Shown here piece by piece: positions 52,515 through 64,000 of a stretch of DNA of 64,000 nt; position 1 is the first letter of the stretch; each line of letters opens with the position of its first letter. A program made the translations under genes and the position numbers. The stretch covers positions 37,386,001-37,450,000 of the forward strand of contig OX597834.1 in assembly GCA_951406725.2 (NCBI GenBank). Reading direction: 5' to 3'. The stretch comes from Octopus vulgaris (taxonomy: Eukaryota). The notes under the pieces are model-generated. The model was not told the DNA's origin. It saw only the letters and a program-made list of their open reading frames with translations, and searched no databases.

Positions 52515-52945
52515 AATTTCATCAAGAATTCACCAATTCTGATCTCTTGTTTAAAATTGCCAAAGGTAATTTTGAGTTTGTAACACAAAAGGAAGTTTCC
52601 ATTGAAAATTTTGAAAAATGGGATATTACATTTTTCTGTGAGACAAGGATCACACCTTCTGGAGCCATTAATATACATTTAATGCACAGGATGCTTGTTC
52701 TATAATGGACCAGTTGACTTTATAATTGTTTATATTATCATTCTTCAATCTTCAAGTATGTTTGGATAATGAGGTTGCAAGTTGTCTTTCTGGGTGCCTG
52801 AATGTATACATATGTTATGTATATCTTTTTTTAAATGGGATTTTCAGTAAGCCTCCTATAGATTTTTGTTTTTATTTGCAATAAACTAATGCTTTACAAA
52901 ATTACGTTTTGTTGAAAAGGCAAAACAGATATTAGGCTTGTAATT
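52515..52945 (-). mobile_element. Decayed Penelope-like GIY-YIG endonuclease C-terminal fragment
   Basis: Minus-strand peptides KALVYCK, LTENP/FKKRYT*HMYTFRHPERQLATSLSKHT*RLK...KVNWSIIEQA, YINGSRRCDPCLTEK, LNKRSELVNS match the PLE consensus FK.RY..H..SFR...T.LSK.IW.LK..W.I...Y.N.S.RC.LCL.EK...LNKRSEL. Confidence 0.8.
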
Positions 52946-53023
52946 ACATAAAGGAAAAAAGGGGAAGAGAAGAGTTACATGTGTGTGTATGTACTGAGAT
53001 AGCTAGATAAATAGATAGATAAT

Positions 53024-53063
<40 letters not shown>

Positions 53064-54031
53064 GAAGAAGTGAGAGTGAAGAGTACAAACAAAGTAAAAG
53101 AGTAAGAGAGAAGGTGAGAAAAGAAGAGATGAAAAGGGGGAAAAAAGAAAGGGTGAGTGAAATGAAGGGAGAGAAAGAGAATAACGGAAAGAGGAGAGCA
53201 AAAGATTAATAATTCAGGAAACCCAAAAAAGCCCTTGCTTTTAAAGTGTCACCACAACTCAAACACACACATAATCTTGCTTGGGAAATTAAATCCAATG
53301 AGAAATTGAAATATTGAGATAATAATTGATGAAATTTCCCCAGAGAACAGAGTAAACATATACAGAGAGAGAGAGAGAAGGTTATGAAAGGCAAACAAGT
53401 AAATATGACTTGCAGTCATCCAGTGATAATGACAGCAATAAAAGAGAACCTAAGTACAATTATTCAGGCTAAAGCTCAGGAGATAAAGAAGATCTGATAA
53501 ATTTAGGAGAGTCTTTTTTTTTTTTTTTGGTTGTAACATTTTTCTTTATCTTTTTTTTTTTTGGAAGATGGAAGTGAAGATTTATTTTGAAGTGATATTA
53601 CTATAAATTTTACCATCAATTCTTTTGAAAAAAAAAAAAAAAAATAAATAAATAAAAAAAATAAATAAAAACAAAAAAAGTTTAAAATTAAATAAAACTG
53701 TCGTTAAAATTTTGAATAACCTCTTTCAGTCCCTGAAGATATGATGTTTGGATAAACATGATGGCACTGTAGATAAAATCCATAAATTGGATGCTGAATG
53801 GAGATTAAAAAAAGGCTTTTTTTTTTTTTTTTTTTTAATGGATAGAAAATAACCCCTCACCACATCTCACTTTTAAAACAAATGCAATTTTATGGAAGTA
53901 GAGATATGCCAGCAGTATTTTTTAAAGCATAATGGGTAGATGGAAGTCTCCAGATACAAATATAATTTCCAAATGTCTGGTGTAATTCTTCCCCATGGAA
54001 AAATTCAATTAGAAATCGACTGAAATTTTAT

Positions 54032-54055
54032 GTAGTAGTAATAGTAGTAGTAGCA

Positions 54056-54109
<54 letters not shown>

Positions 54110-54154
54110 GTAATAAGAATAGTGATGATAATGATAATAATAATAATAATAATG

Positions 54155-54238
<84 letters not shown>

Positions 54239-54295
54239 GTAATAAGAATAGTGATGATAATGATAATAATAATAATAATGATAATAATAATAATG

Positions 54296-54369
<74 letters not shown>

Positions 54370-54382
54370 AAGAAGAAGAATG

Positions 54383-54436
<54 letters not shown>
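54032..54436. repeat. (AAT)n/(AAG)n compound microsatellite with a duplicated interruption
   Basis: Direct; the interruption atggtaataagaatagtgatgataatg occurs twice. Confidence 0.95.
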
Positions 54437-54438
<2 letters not shown>

Positions 54439-54732
54439 ATTACATGCTGTAGCGCAATGTTAGGAATATTTTCCAACTGCCTAATCTGTTGTGTGAGGCA
54501 GAAAATTTGTTTGCTCAGTTTGAGAAAAAATTATTTAGAAAGTTTTCAATATAAAATACGAAGATATGGAGAGTAGGTGGTGGGGGGGAAATGAAAGAAA
54601 AAAACAACCTTTACTATACAAGGCTCAAAATTTTCCTTTTTCCCAAACTTCAAGAACCATAATTAAAGCAGTTACAGCATCAATGCTGGACAACAAGAGC
54701 ATACTACTACTACTACTACTACTACAAATACT

Positions 54733-54767
<35 letters not shown>

Positions 54768-55029
54768 TTTCAAATTTTTGCTACAAGGGCAGCTTGGTGG
54801 GAGGGAATTAAGTCGATTACACTGGCCCCAGTGCATAACTGGTACTTATTTTATCAACCCCGAAAGGATGAAAGGCAAAGTCGACTTCAGCAGAATTTGA
54901 ACTCAGAACGTAATGACAGAAGAAACGCCTCTAAGCATTTTGCCTGGTGTGCTAATGATTCTGCCAGCTCACTGTTAATGATAATAATAATAATGATGAT
55001 GCAGTACCAGGCAGTGGCTAATTACCCTG

Positions 55030-55063
<34 letters not shown>

Positions 55064-55079
55064 TAAATAATAATAAACT

Positions 55080-55629
55080 GCCCTGATGCAGTACCAGGCA
55101 GTGGCTCTCGTGGCTTCTGATCTTAACTGATTTGAAGTGTCATCATGCACATGTTTTGTCTTAGTATAAAAGATGGGCTACAGCAAATATTCTGCTGAAT
55201 ACCACAGATTTGCTTGTCAGTTGTTTGACCATAACCATTTGGAAATATCCCTTAGTGGCTGACGATAAGGGCATCTCTGATCACGAGTAGAAGTAGTTGG
55301 GGAACATCATAGCCATATGTTGAGAGGAATTCTTTGGGATTTAGATAATACACCTCTGGAAACATGGGTGTTTTGTTCAACATCCTTAAAACAAACCTTA
55401 TTTAGGGACCTTTTGAGCAGGATGGGCTACTCCAACTGAAGAAAATTCTGAGCCCCACCTGCAAGGTCATGTGCTGTTTATCTTGATATCAGATCACCAT
55501 GTCGTGCACATATGGTTGTGATACATGTGCCTGGTGTACCCTTATCAGACAGGTAGTCATGATGGGTATACTGGGCTTCGTATATTTTACCCGTGTCACT
55601 TTGATAGCATGCACTGCTGTCACACTCAA
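55080..55629 (+). mobile_element. Second copy of the about 540-bp (TAA)n-embedded repeat
   Basis: (AAT)n-gccctgatgcagtaccaggcagtggctctc ... gcatgcactgctgtcacactc-aataataataa. Confidence 0.75.
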
Positions 55630-57134
55630 TAATAATAAACAACAAACTGTATAAGACCATAGATTTTGTAGTATCATGTGAGTGCTGAATGAATACCAAA
55701 ATAACTGATAAATATCAGAACTTGGTAAATGAGATGAAGAAATTGTGAAAGACAAAGGTCTTTTACATGCCACAAGAATGAGGGCCAGTCAGGCGGTACT
55801 GGCAATGGCCATGCTCAAGTGGTAATTTTTACATGCCACCTGCACAGAAGCCAGTCCAGCGGCACTGGCAATGACCTTGCTTGAATATTTTTCACGTGCC
55901 ACCGGCACAAGTGCCACAATTTTGTTTGTGTGTTATTTCATTAATCCCATAAGATACAAAATGTAAAGTTGACATTAGCGAGTTGAATGTAAAAATATGG
56001 TCCTGGGTAGTTCTGATTGAATGCACCAGTTTTAATATCATGTTGATATAAATATATTTATGTGGGAGAGTGAAGGGAGAAATCTGGACTGGAAGTGAGA
56101 GCAAAGTGATGTCACATCAACAAGAGGGCAGCTGATTGGTCTCTTTCAGTGTTGGGCAACTAAGGTCAATGGATGCATGGAACAGATGCAGAGGGAAGCT
56201 AGATTCTGGCCAGAGGTTTGGGCATTGTAAGCATCTAGCTTCATGCAAGCAAGTTCTACTGATCCTGACAAAGAATAGCTTTCTGTCTTTGATTAAAGTT
56301 TCTCTCAAGTAAAAGTGTTTCCACATTTGCCATCCTCTCCACAATTTATATGAAGAAAGAGAGAGAGAGAGAGAAAGAGTGAGAGTGGGAGGATAGACAG
56401 ATACACATTCGGACAAACTAACAGGCAGACATGGAGTATAGACAGAAAGTAAGAGTGAATGAGGAAGAGAGAATGATAAAAAGAGAAAAGAAAAGTGTGT
56501 GTGAGATGAAGAGTAATAGAGAGTGAATGAAAGTGAAAGTACATTGTGGAAAGTGAAAGTAGATTATGGAAAGTGCAAGAAAAGAAAGAAAGGGTGTGTT
56601 ATAGTGAAAGAGGCATAACCACTTAATAAGGAAACAAACAGAGAAAGAGAGTGAGAGAGAGGGGGGAGTGAAGGAATGAGAAATGGGGAGGGAATATTGA
56701 AATGAAAAAAAATGCTTTTAATCTTTCAAAATTTTTGCTAAAAAATGGGAGAAAACCATTAAGTGAAATAATATTCTGTTGAAATATTATTAACTTTGCC
56801 GCAACATACAACAACAACAACATAAATAAATAGATAAATAAATAAATAAATAAACATTAAACAACTGTAACATAAAGCAGAAACAACATTAAATAATAAA
56901 CAGCAACATTAAACAGTAAACAGCAGCAACAATGCTGAACAGTAAACAACATTATTAAACAATAAACAGCAACACTAAATAGTAAACAACAATATTATAC
57001 AGAAACAATATAAAGCAGTAAACAACATCGTTAACCAACAGCATTAAATAGTGAACAGGAATGTTTCGAAGAAACTCTATAAAACAGTAAGCAATTACAA
57101 CAGTATTAAACTACATAAAACGTTAACCAGCAAA

Positions 57135-57445
57135 CGGCAACATTAAACAACAAACAGCAATATTAAACAGTAAACAGCAACATTAAACAGCAAACTGCAA
57201 CAGTAAACAGCAACAGTAAACATCAACATTAAACAGTAAACACAACATTAAACAGTAAACAGCAACATTAAACAGTAAACTGCAACATTAAACAGTAAAC
57301 AGCAACATTAAACAGTAAACACAACATTTAACAGTAAACATCAACATTAAACAGTAAACATCAACATTAAACAGTAAACAGCAACATTAAACAGTAAACA
57401 GCAACATTAAACAGTAAACTGCAACATTAAACAGTAAACAGCAAT
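57135..57445. repeat. 19-20-bp minisatellite (AACATTAAACAGTAAACAGC)n in a degenerate A/C-rich field about 56850-57900
   Basis: About 15 tandem copies visible directly. Confidence 0.9.
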
Positions 57446-58031
57446 ATTTTGCAGAAAGATAGAACGTCATTAAACAATAAACAACATTGGATAGTTAACA
57501 GCAACGTTATACAGTAAGAACATAAAACAGTGAACAAATACAATGTTTAATGATAACAATAACCAAAGAAATAATAAAAACAATAAACAAAAACATTAAT
57601 TAGTGGCCAGCAACAAAATTATGTAGAGACAACATTAAACAGTAAACGACACTGAAAACATGAAACAGGAAAGACAACATGAACGCTAAACAAGTAAACA
57701 GCAAATAAACATTAAAGTTAAATGGTCAACAACAACAACAGTAAACAGCGACAACGTTAAGAAGTAGAAATAATGTTAAACAAATAAACAACACAACAAT
57801 ATCAAACGAGTACAGAACAATTACAATGTAAAAAAGTAAACAATGCCACCATTAAACATTAATAAACAACAACAATAGCAACAACAAGATAAAAAAAAAT
57901 GAAACAACAAAGATTTCTGTTTTGAAATGATCAGGTTTGAAAATATCAATAATTGCCTATGAGAGATTAACGAAGATTTTGTCAGAAAGGTTGATGGGTG
58001 AAGAAGTGTATGTATGTTTATATATATATCT

Positions 58032-58355
58032 CATCATCATCATTTAACGTCCGTTTTCCGCACTAGCACGGGTTGGACGGTTCGACCGGGATCTGGGAAG
58101 CCAGGAAGCTGCCCCAGGCTCCAGTCTGATCTGGCAGTGCTTCTACAGCTGGATGCCCTTCCTAACGCCAACCACTCCACGAGTGTAGTGGGTGCTTTTT
58201 ACATGCCACCGGCACAGGTGCCAGGGGAGTCTGGCAGCAGCCATGATCGGTCGGTGCTTTTAACGTGCCACCGGCACAGAAACCAGTCAAGGCAGCACTG
58301 GCATCGGTCACGTTCAGATGGTGCTTTTTACAAGACACCGGCACAGAAGCCAGTC
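58032..58355 (-). mobile_element. Repeat family B copy with about 3 internal tandem units
   Basis: Same (CAT)n start, ctggatgcccttcctaacgccaaccactcc motif and gtgccaccggcac units. Confidence 0.8.
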
Positions 58356-58934
58356 ACAAAATTTAGAGGATTGACCACTAAAATTGGACATCCTGTATGC
58401 TAGATATAGACGTCAAAATCGCCATTTCCCACGAAGAATGTGTTCTCAAGAAAAAAATTCAGCAAAAAACCAGTGTAAAAATAAACAAGACAAATGAAAA
58501 GATACGAAATAAAAAACGATTACTTATGTACTAATTAGTTTCACTTGCTAACAACCAGGCCACTGGTTTTAATTGATTAATATCAATTTCTACCCTTATT
58601 TAATTATATATATATATATATATATAAATGTGTGTCTGTGTGTGAATGTATACATGTGTGTATATGTATCATCATCGTTGTTTAACATCTGCCCTCCATA
58701 CTGACATGGGTGAGACAGTTTGACAGGAACCAGCCAGGCAGAAGCCTGCAGTAGACTTCCGCATCTGTTTTGGCAGTTTTTTTACGGCTGGATGCCCTTC
58801 CTTAACACCAACCATCCTGCAGAGTGGACTGAGTAGTTTTTACATAGCACAAGTACAGGTGAGATCAGTTTTGGCAAGGCTTTTACACCTGGATGTCCTA
58901 AATGCCAATATATATATATATATCTTTTCTCTTT

Positions 58935-59322
58935 CTCTTTTACTTGTTTCAGTCATTTGACTGTGGCCATGCTAGAGCACCGCCTTTAGTCGAGCAAATC
59001 AACCCCAGGTCTTATTCTTTGGAAACCTAGTACTTATTCTATTGGTCTCTTTTGTTGAACTGCTCAGTTACGGGGACGTAAACACACCAGCATCGGTTGT
59101 CAAGCAATGTTGGTGGGGGACAAACACAGACACACAAACATATAATCCCACATACATATATATAAATATATACTATTGGCTTCTTTCAGTTTCCATCAAC
59201 CAAATCCACTCACAAGGCTTTGGTCAGCCCGAGGCTATAATAGAAGACACTTGCTCAAGGTGCCACACAATGGGAATGTGGTTGGTAAGCAAGCTACTTA
59301 CCACACAGCCACTCCTGCGCCT
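58935..59322 (-). mobile_element. SINE family A copy
   Basis: ttacttgtttcagtcatttgactgtggccatgctagagcaccgcc ... ttaccacacagccactcctgcgcc. Confidence 0.85.
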
Positions 59323-59350
59323 ATATAAAATGTGTGTATGTATGTATGTG

Positions 59351-59397
<47 letters not shown>

Positions 59398-59413
59398 GCA
59401 TACACATATTTTT

Positions 59414-59606
59414 GAGGGAGTGCTGAAAAGTTACTGGGTGTAAGGGAGTCCCAAAAGGCCTGGTTGGAGGCCCAGCCTTCTGAGTTCTTTTACAGGGCTT
59501 AGAAAAACTTAAGGACCACTACAATAAGAGTGTGAATCTGAGAGAGGAACCTGTTGAATAAAATCATAATTAACTGATTCACCTGAATTTCCTTTTAGCA
59601 CCCCCT
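59414..59606 (+). mobile_element. Short non-autonomous mariner derivative (MITE-like)
   Basis: Ends GAGGGAGTGCTGAAAAG / CTTTTAGCACCCCCT; internal WLEAQPSEF/LQGLEKLKDHYNKSVNLR..VE* is a mariner C-terminus; related copy at 30580-30772 (-). Confidence 0.65.
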
Positions 59607-60041
59607 TTTATACACACACACACACACACAGGAGGAGAGAGGGAGCAAGAAAGAAACAATATATATAGGGGGGAGGAGTAGAGACAGGAAGAAAGTGAGA
59701 AAGAGTTAATATATATATTTCTTTACTACCCACAAGGGGCTAAACACAGAGAGGACAAACAAGGACAGACAAACGGATTAAGTTGATTACATTGACCCAA
59801 GTGCGTAACTGGTACTTATTTAATCGACCCCGAAAGGATGAAAGGCAAAGTCGACCTCGGCGGAATTTGAACTCAGTACGTAACGGCAGACGAAATATGG
59901 CTACACATTTTGCCCGGCATGCTAACGTTTCCGCCAGCTCGCCAGGAATAAAAGAGGAAGACAGAAAGATGAAAAAGATGAATAGAGGGATGAGCAAGAA
60001 AGAGTAGAGAGAGAAACAATGAATTACTGAAGGAGAGAACT

Positions 60042-60110
<69 letters not shown>

Positions 60111-62025
60111 AGACGTACAGACTGAAATTACAGAGTAAGTGATTGACTATGAAAAGAGTGAGAGAAGCATATACACAGAGACAGAGAGAGACAGACAAAC
60201 AGAGAGAGGGAGAGAAAGATCTAAAACCCAGGAAAGGAAATGTCCAGTCGGTATATTTGAGTGTTTGTAGGGTTTGATATGTCTATAAATTATTGAATTA
60301 TTTGTTAGGTTAGTATTGATCAGTCGCTATACAGAAGCCGATTTATATCAGCTGCTTTGCCTTAAATTCTTGCTTGCAAGGTCATTTAACTTCTATTCCT
60401 TTGAACAGGTTGATAGCTGTTAGTAAAGACCCTAAATTATATTTCTCAAATTTGGTCTAAATTCCTGTTTGTGATGTATTTTAACTTCGGTCTCTTTGAA
60501 GGGGGTTAATGGCGGTTTTGTAATCATCATCATCATCATCATAATCATCATTGTCGTTGTCGTCATTGAATGTCTGTGTTCCCTGTTGGCGTGGGTTGGA
60601 CGGTTTTGACAAGATCCAATGGGTTTAAGGACCCCGTGTGCATATTCATTGCATTCCCATCAGTTCCAATCTCTGATTCTCTCCCACGTATGTTGTTCTT
60701 GGACATATACTTGGCCTCACACAGGATTTGAACTCAATACTTATTTCTAGCACGGTAAATGAGACACATGACAATGATAGTAATAAAGATCATGATGAGG
60801 AGGATGATGATGATGATGACGGTGGTGGTGGTGGTGGTGATGGTATGGTGGTGGTGGTGGTGGTGGTGATGGTGGTGGTGGTGGTGGTAGTGGTTGTGGT
60901 GGTGGTGGTGGTGATGATTGTGGTTGTGGTGGTGGTGATGATTGTGGTGGTGGTGATGATTGTGGTGGTGGCAGCGACAATGATGATGAGGGTAATAGTG
61001 GTTGCAGATGGTGATGACAGACAGACAGATTGACAGACAGACAGGCAGGCAGATGAATAGAGAGAGAGAGATTGATTGATTGATTGATAGATAGGCAGAT
61101 AAACAGACAAATCGATATAGAGAGAGACAGATGGAGAGACGGGCGGATGGACATATAGATGAAGTTTAATACCCTGGAAAATTCAAATCTTGAGTACAAT
61201 AACTCATGTCAGATGTTGAGACATTTAATGTCATTTTCCCCCAATTAATTCCTTGGCTTAATCACATACATTTAATTAATTACATAGATTTAATTATGAT
61301 AGAAACTGCATCCAATAGATTAAAGGAGACACGCTAGTCGTTAGGAGAATGGAGCTGCCCTGTTGATCAAATGGTCACAAGATCAAGACTTGCTATTCTT
61401 TTACAGCTCTCTGTCAAAAGGAGTGAGGCCAGGCTGGGGCATTGCCTTTGCAAATTTGGATTTTGGATCAATAAATAAATAGTGGCTAAATCTCTTTCAA
61501 TAATCTCCTTCAGATTTATGAAAAGGTTGAACAGAAAATATCAAGTGTAAAAAAAAAAATTGAGAAACAAAAAAAAAAAGAAAATGACAGGATGGCCACA
61601 ATTGGAGAGGTGACCATGAAGAAAGGGGCTTCTTTACCCTGCAGAGATCCCTTATTCATGGACAGCCCTACAGTTGCAATCACCTTGTCTTTTTTCTCTT
61701 CCTTCTGTTATCATAGGCACAAATGTGGCTGTGTACTTATAGATCCTGCTTCGCAACCATGTCATCTCGGGTTCAGTCCCAATTGACTTCTTCTAGAGCT
61801 CCTGGTCAATGGGAAGATGGAAATTGAAAGAAACCTATTGTGTATGTGAATATATAAAAATATATATATATATGTAAATTTGTGTGTGTATGTGTGTGTG
61901 TGTATATATATATACATATATATATATGACTATAAACAGACACACACACGCGCGCACACACACACACAGATATATATATATATATATATATATATAGACC
62001 CCCAGTACATAGACCCCCCCATAGA

Positions 62026-62254
62026 CTTAGCGGTATTTCATCTGCCTTTTATGTTTTGAGTTCAAATTCTGCCATGGTCGACTTTGCCTTTTAATCTTTT
62101 CAGAGACCATGAATTAAATACCAGTTGAATACATAGACCCTCCCCCAGTACTCAACTGGTATTTAATTCATGGTCTCTGAAAAGATTAAAAGGCAAAGTC
62201 GACCATGGCAGAATTTGAACTCAAAACATAAAAGGCAGATGAAATACCGCTAAG
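62026..62254. repeat. Perfect 103-bp inverted repeat with 23-nt spacer
   Basis: 62026-62128 is the exact reverse complement of 62152-62254. Confidence 0.95.
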
Positions 62255-63265
62255 CGTTTTTCCCGATGTGCTAATGATTCCGCCAGAAGAATATTAGCAA
62301 TATTGGTTTTATATTTTGGCACAAGGCCAGAAATCTTGGGAAAGAGATAGAATGATTAGATCAACTCCAGTGATCAACTGGCATCGTCATCATCATCATC
62401 ATCATCGTCATTTAAAGTCCTCCTTCCATGGACTTACTTTTTTATCAGCCCCCAATAGGATGAAAGGCAAAGTCGACCTTGGCAGATTTGGAACTCAGAA
62501 CATAAAGCCGGACGAATCACCATTAAGCATTTTGTCCAGCATGTTAATGATCCTGCCAGCTCACCTCTTTGAATAATATTAATGGCACTGATTACAAATT
62601 TTGGCACAAGGTCAGCAATTTATGAGGAGGCGGGCAAGATGATTATATTGACCTCAGTGCTTAACTGGTTCTTGTTTTATTGACCCCCTAAAGAAGGGAA
62701 GCCAAAATCAGCCTTGACAGAATTTGAACTCACAACATAAAGATTGATGAAATGTTGCAAACCATTCTATCCGGCACACTAAAGATTCTGTTAGCTCGCT
62801 GTCTTATGATAATGATGATATAACAACCCTTTCTACTAAAGGCACAAGGCCTGAAATTTTTGCAGAGGGGACTAATTGATTACATCGACCCCAATGTTCC
62901 ACTGGGTCTTAATTTATCGACCCTGAAAGGATGAAAAGCAGAGTAGACTTTTGTGAAATTTGAACTCTGAACATAGTGATAGATGAAATACTGCTAAGCC
63001 TTTCACATGGTGTGCTAACGATTCTGTCAGCTTGTCGCCTGATAATGATGGTTTCAAATTTTGCCACAAGGACAGCTATTTTAGGGGAGGGGATGAGTCA
63101 ATTACACTGACCCCAGTCTTTAACTGGTACTTATTTTATCAACCCCCGAAAGGATGAAAGGCAAAGATGACCTTGGAAGAATTTGAACTCTGAACATAAC
63201 AACAGGTAAAATACCGCTAAGTGTTTCACCTGGTGTACTAACGATTCTGCCGACTTGCTGCCTGA
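62150..63265 (-). mobile_element. Head-to-tail cluster of five diverged SINE family C copies
   Basis: Recurrent aaggatgaaaggcaaagtcgacc..gaatttgaactc..gctaacgattctgccagctc blocks at about 62150-62287, 62316-62570, 62600-62805, 62840-63040, 63060-63262. Confidence 0.8.
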
Positions 63266-64000
63266 TAACGATGCTTGTATAATGCAAACAAGACTTCATT
63301 ACCTTACAAATATCTTCTGCACTGTAAGACAAGTAAGAGTGATTTTGTTGCTATTTCTAGCAGTCTGAGAAAAATCAAGCACAGAAGTCCTCTTAATCAT
63401 GGTCAACTTTCCAGCAGTAACCAGCCTAAATTACTTCTTCTTCTTCATCTTCTTGTCTCCTGCTATTTCTAGCCAGCCATCTCACCACATACAGAGACTC
63501 GTTCATTAGCTCCCAAAGTAAAACGTTATTCAATCATGATGCTCATTGCCTGCCATATCATACTGTGCTATTTAAACCGGCTTAGCTTTGCTTGCTTCCT
63601 GACAATAATGCAGTTTTAACAGAGAACGAATAATGATGATATTCTATGAGTTAACGGAGATTATTCGAAATGTATTAAACTTTACCATTGACAAGATATT
63701 GACATTATAATCTTGCCATTAACCCATTTATTTCCACCATTTCCACAGACATAAAATCCATTAATTTACTACAGAATAGAGTCAAACATACAGAACAATG
63801 CAGAGAAATTTGCCTTTCGCATGATAGACAGTGGGTGGGGGTTGGGGTGGGAATGAGAGAATGATGTGATGGATGGTGATGATATGGTTTGTAGGACGGT
63901 CGGGCGGCTGGATGGATAGAGGGATGGAGTCATGGGTGGGTGGGTAGGTGGGTGATTGATGGATGGATGTGTGAATGGATGGATCATCGATGGCTGAATA

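Noticed and set aside
63303-63321. 19-nt minus-strand micro-exon (ttgtcttacAG|TGCAGAAGATATTTGTAAG|GTAATG)
   Set aside because: Splice-like signals are present, but there is no homology to rhomboid N-termini and such matches arise by chance; needs RNA-seq.

Overview
This is AT-rich, microsatellite-saturated eukaryotic DNA. Its SINE/LINE/Tc1-mariner repertoire looks like an octopus (coleoid cephalopod) genome; that assignment is inference from repeat families I recognise. Only one host coding exon can be supported: a 234-nt phase 0/0 exon on the minus strand (33478-33711) of a rhomboid intramembrane protease of the RHBDL1/RHBDL3 (Drosophila Rho-4) type. The rest reads as very large introns filled with four SINE families, decayed LINEs (RTE, CR1/L2, restriction-like-endonuclease type), Penelope-like GIY-YIG fragments, Tc1/mariner relics, MITEs (hAT, piggyBac-type) and mini/microsatellites. 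Almost all ORFs in the supplied track are simple-repeat artefacts. The most interesting signals are RNA-structural. (1) There are five hammerhead-ribozyme or hammerhead-like motifs: one with a canonical type I core and GUC site, an inverted minimal pair, and two with a CUGUNGA variant core. (2) There is a perfect 103-bp fold-back hairpin. (3) A CR1 LINE and the dominant SINE share a 3' tail with a covarying stem-loop. (4) A possible alternative first exon would give an EF-hand-less rhomboid. No prokaryote-type system (CRISPR, operon) is supported. All alignments were done by eye and repeat boundaries are approximate.
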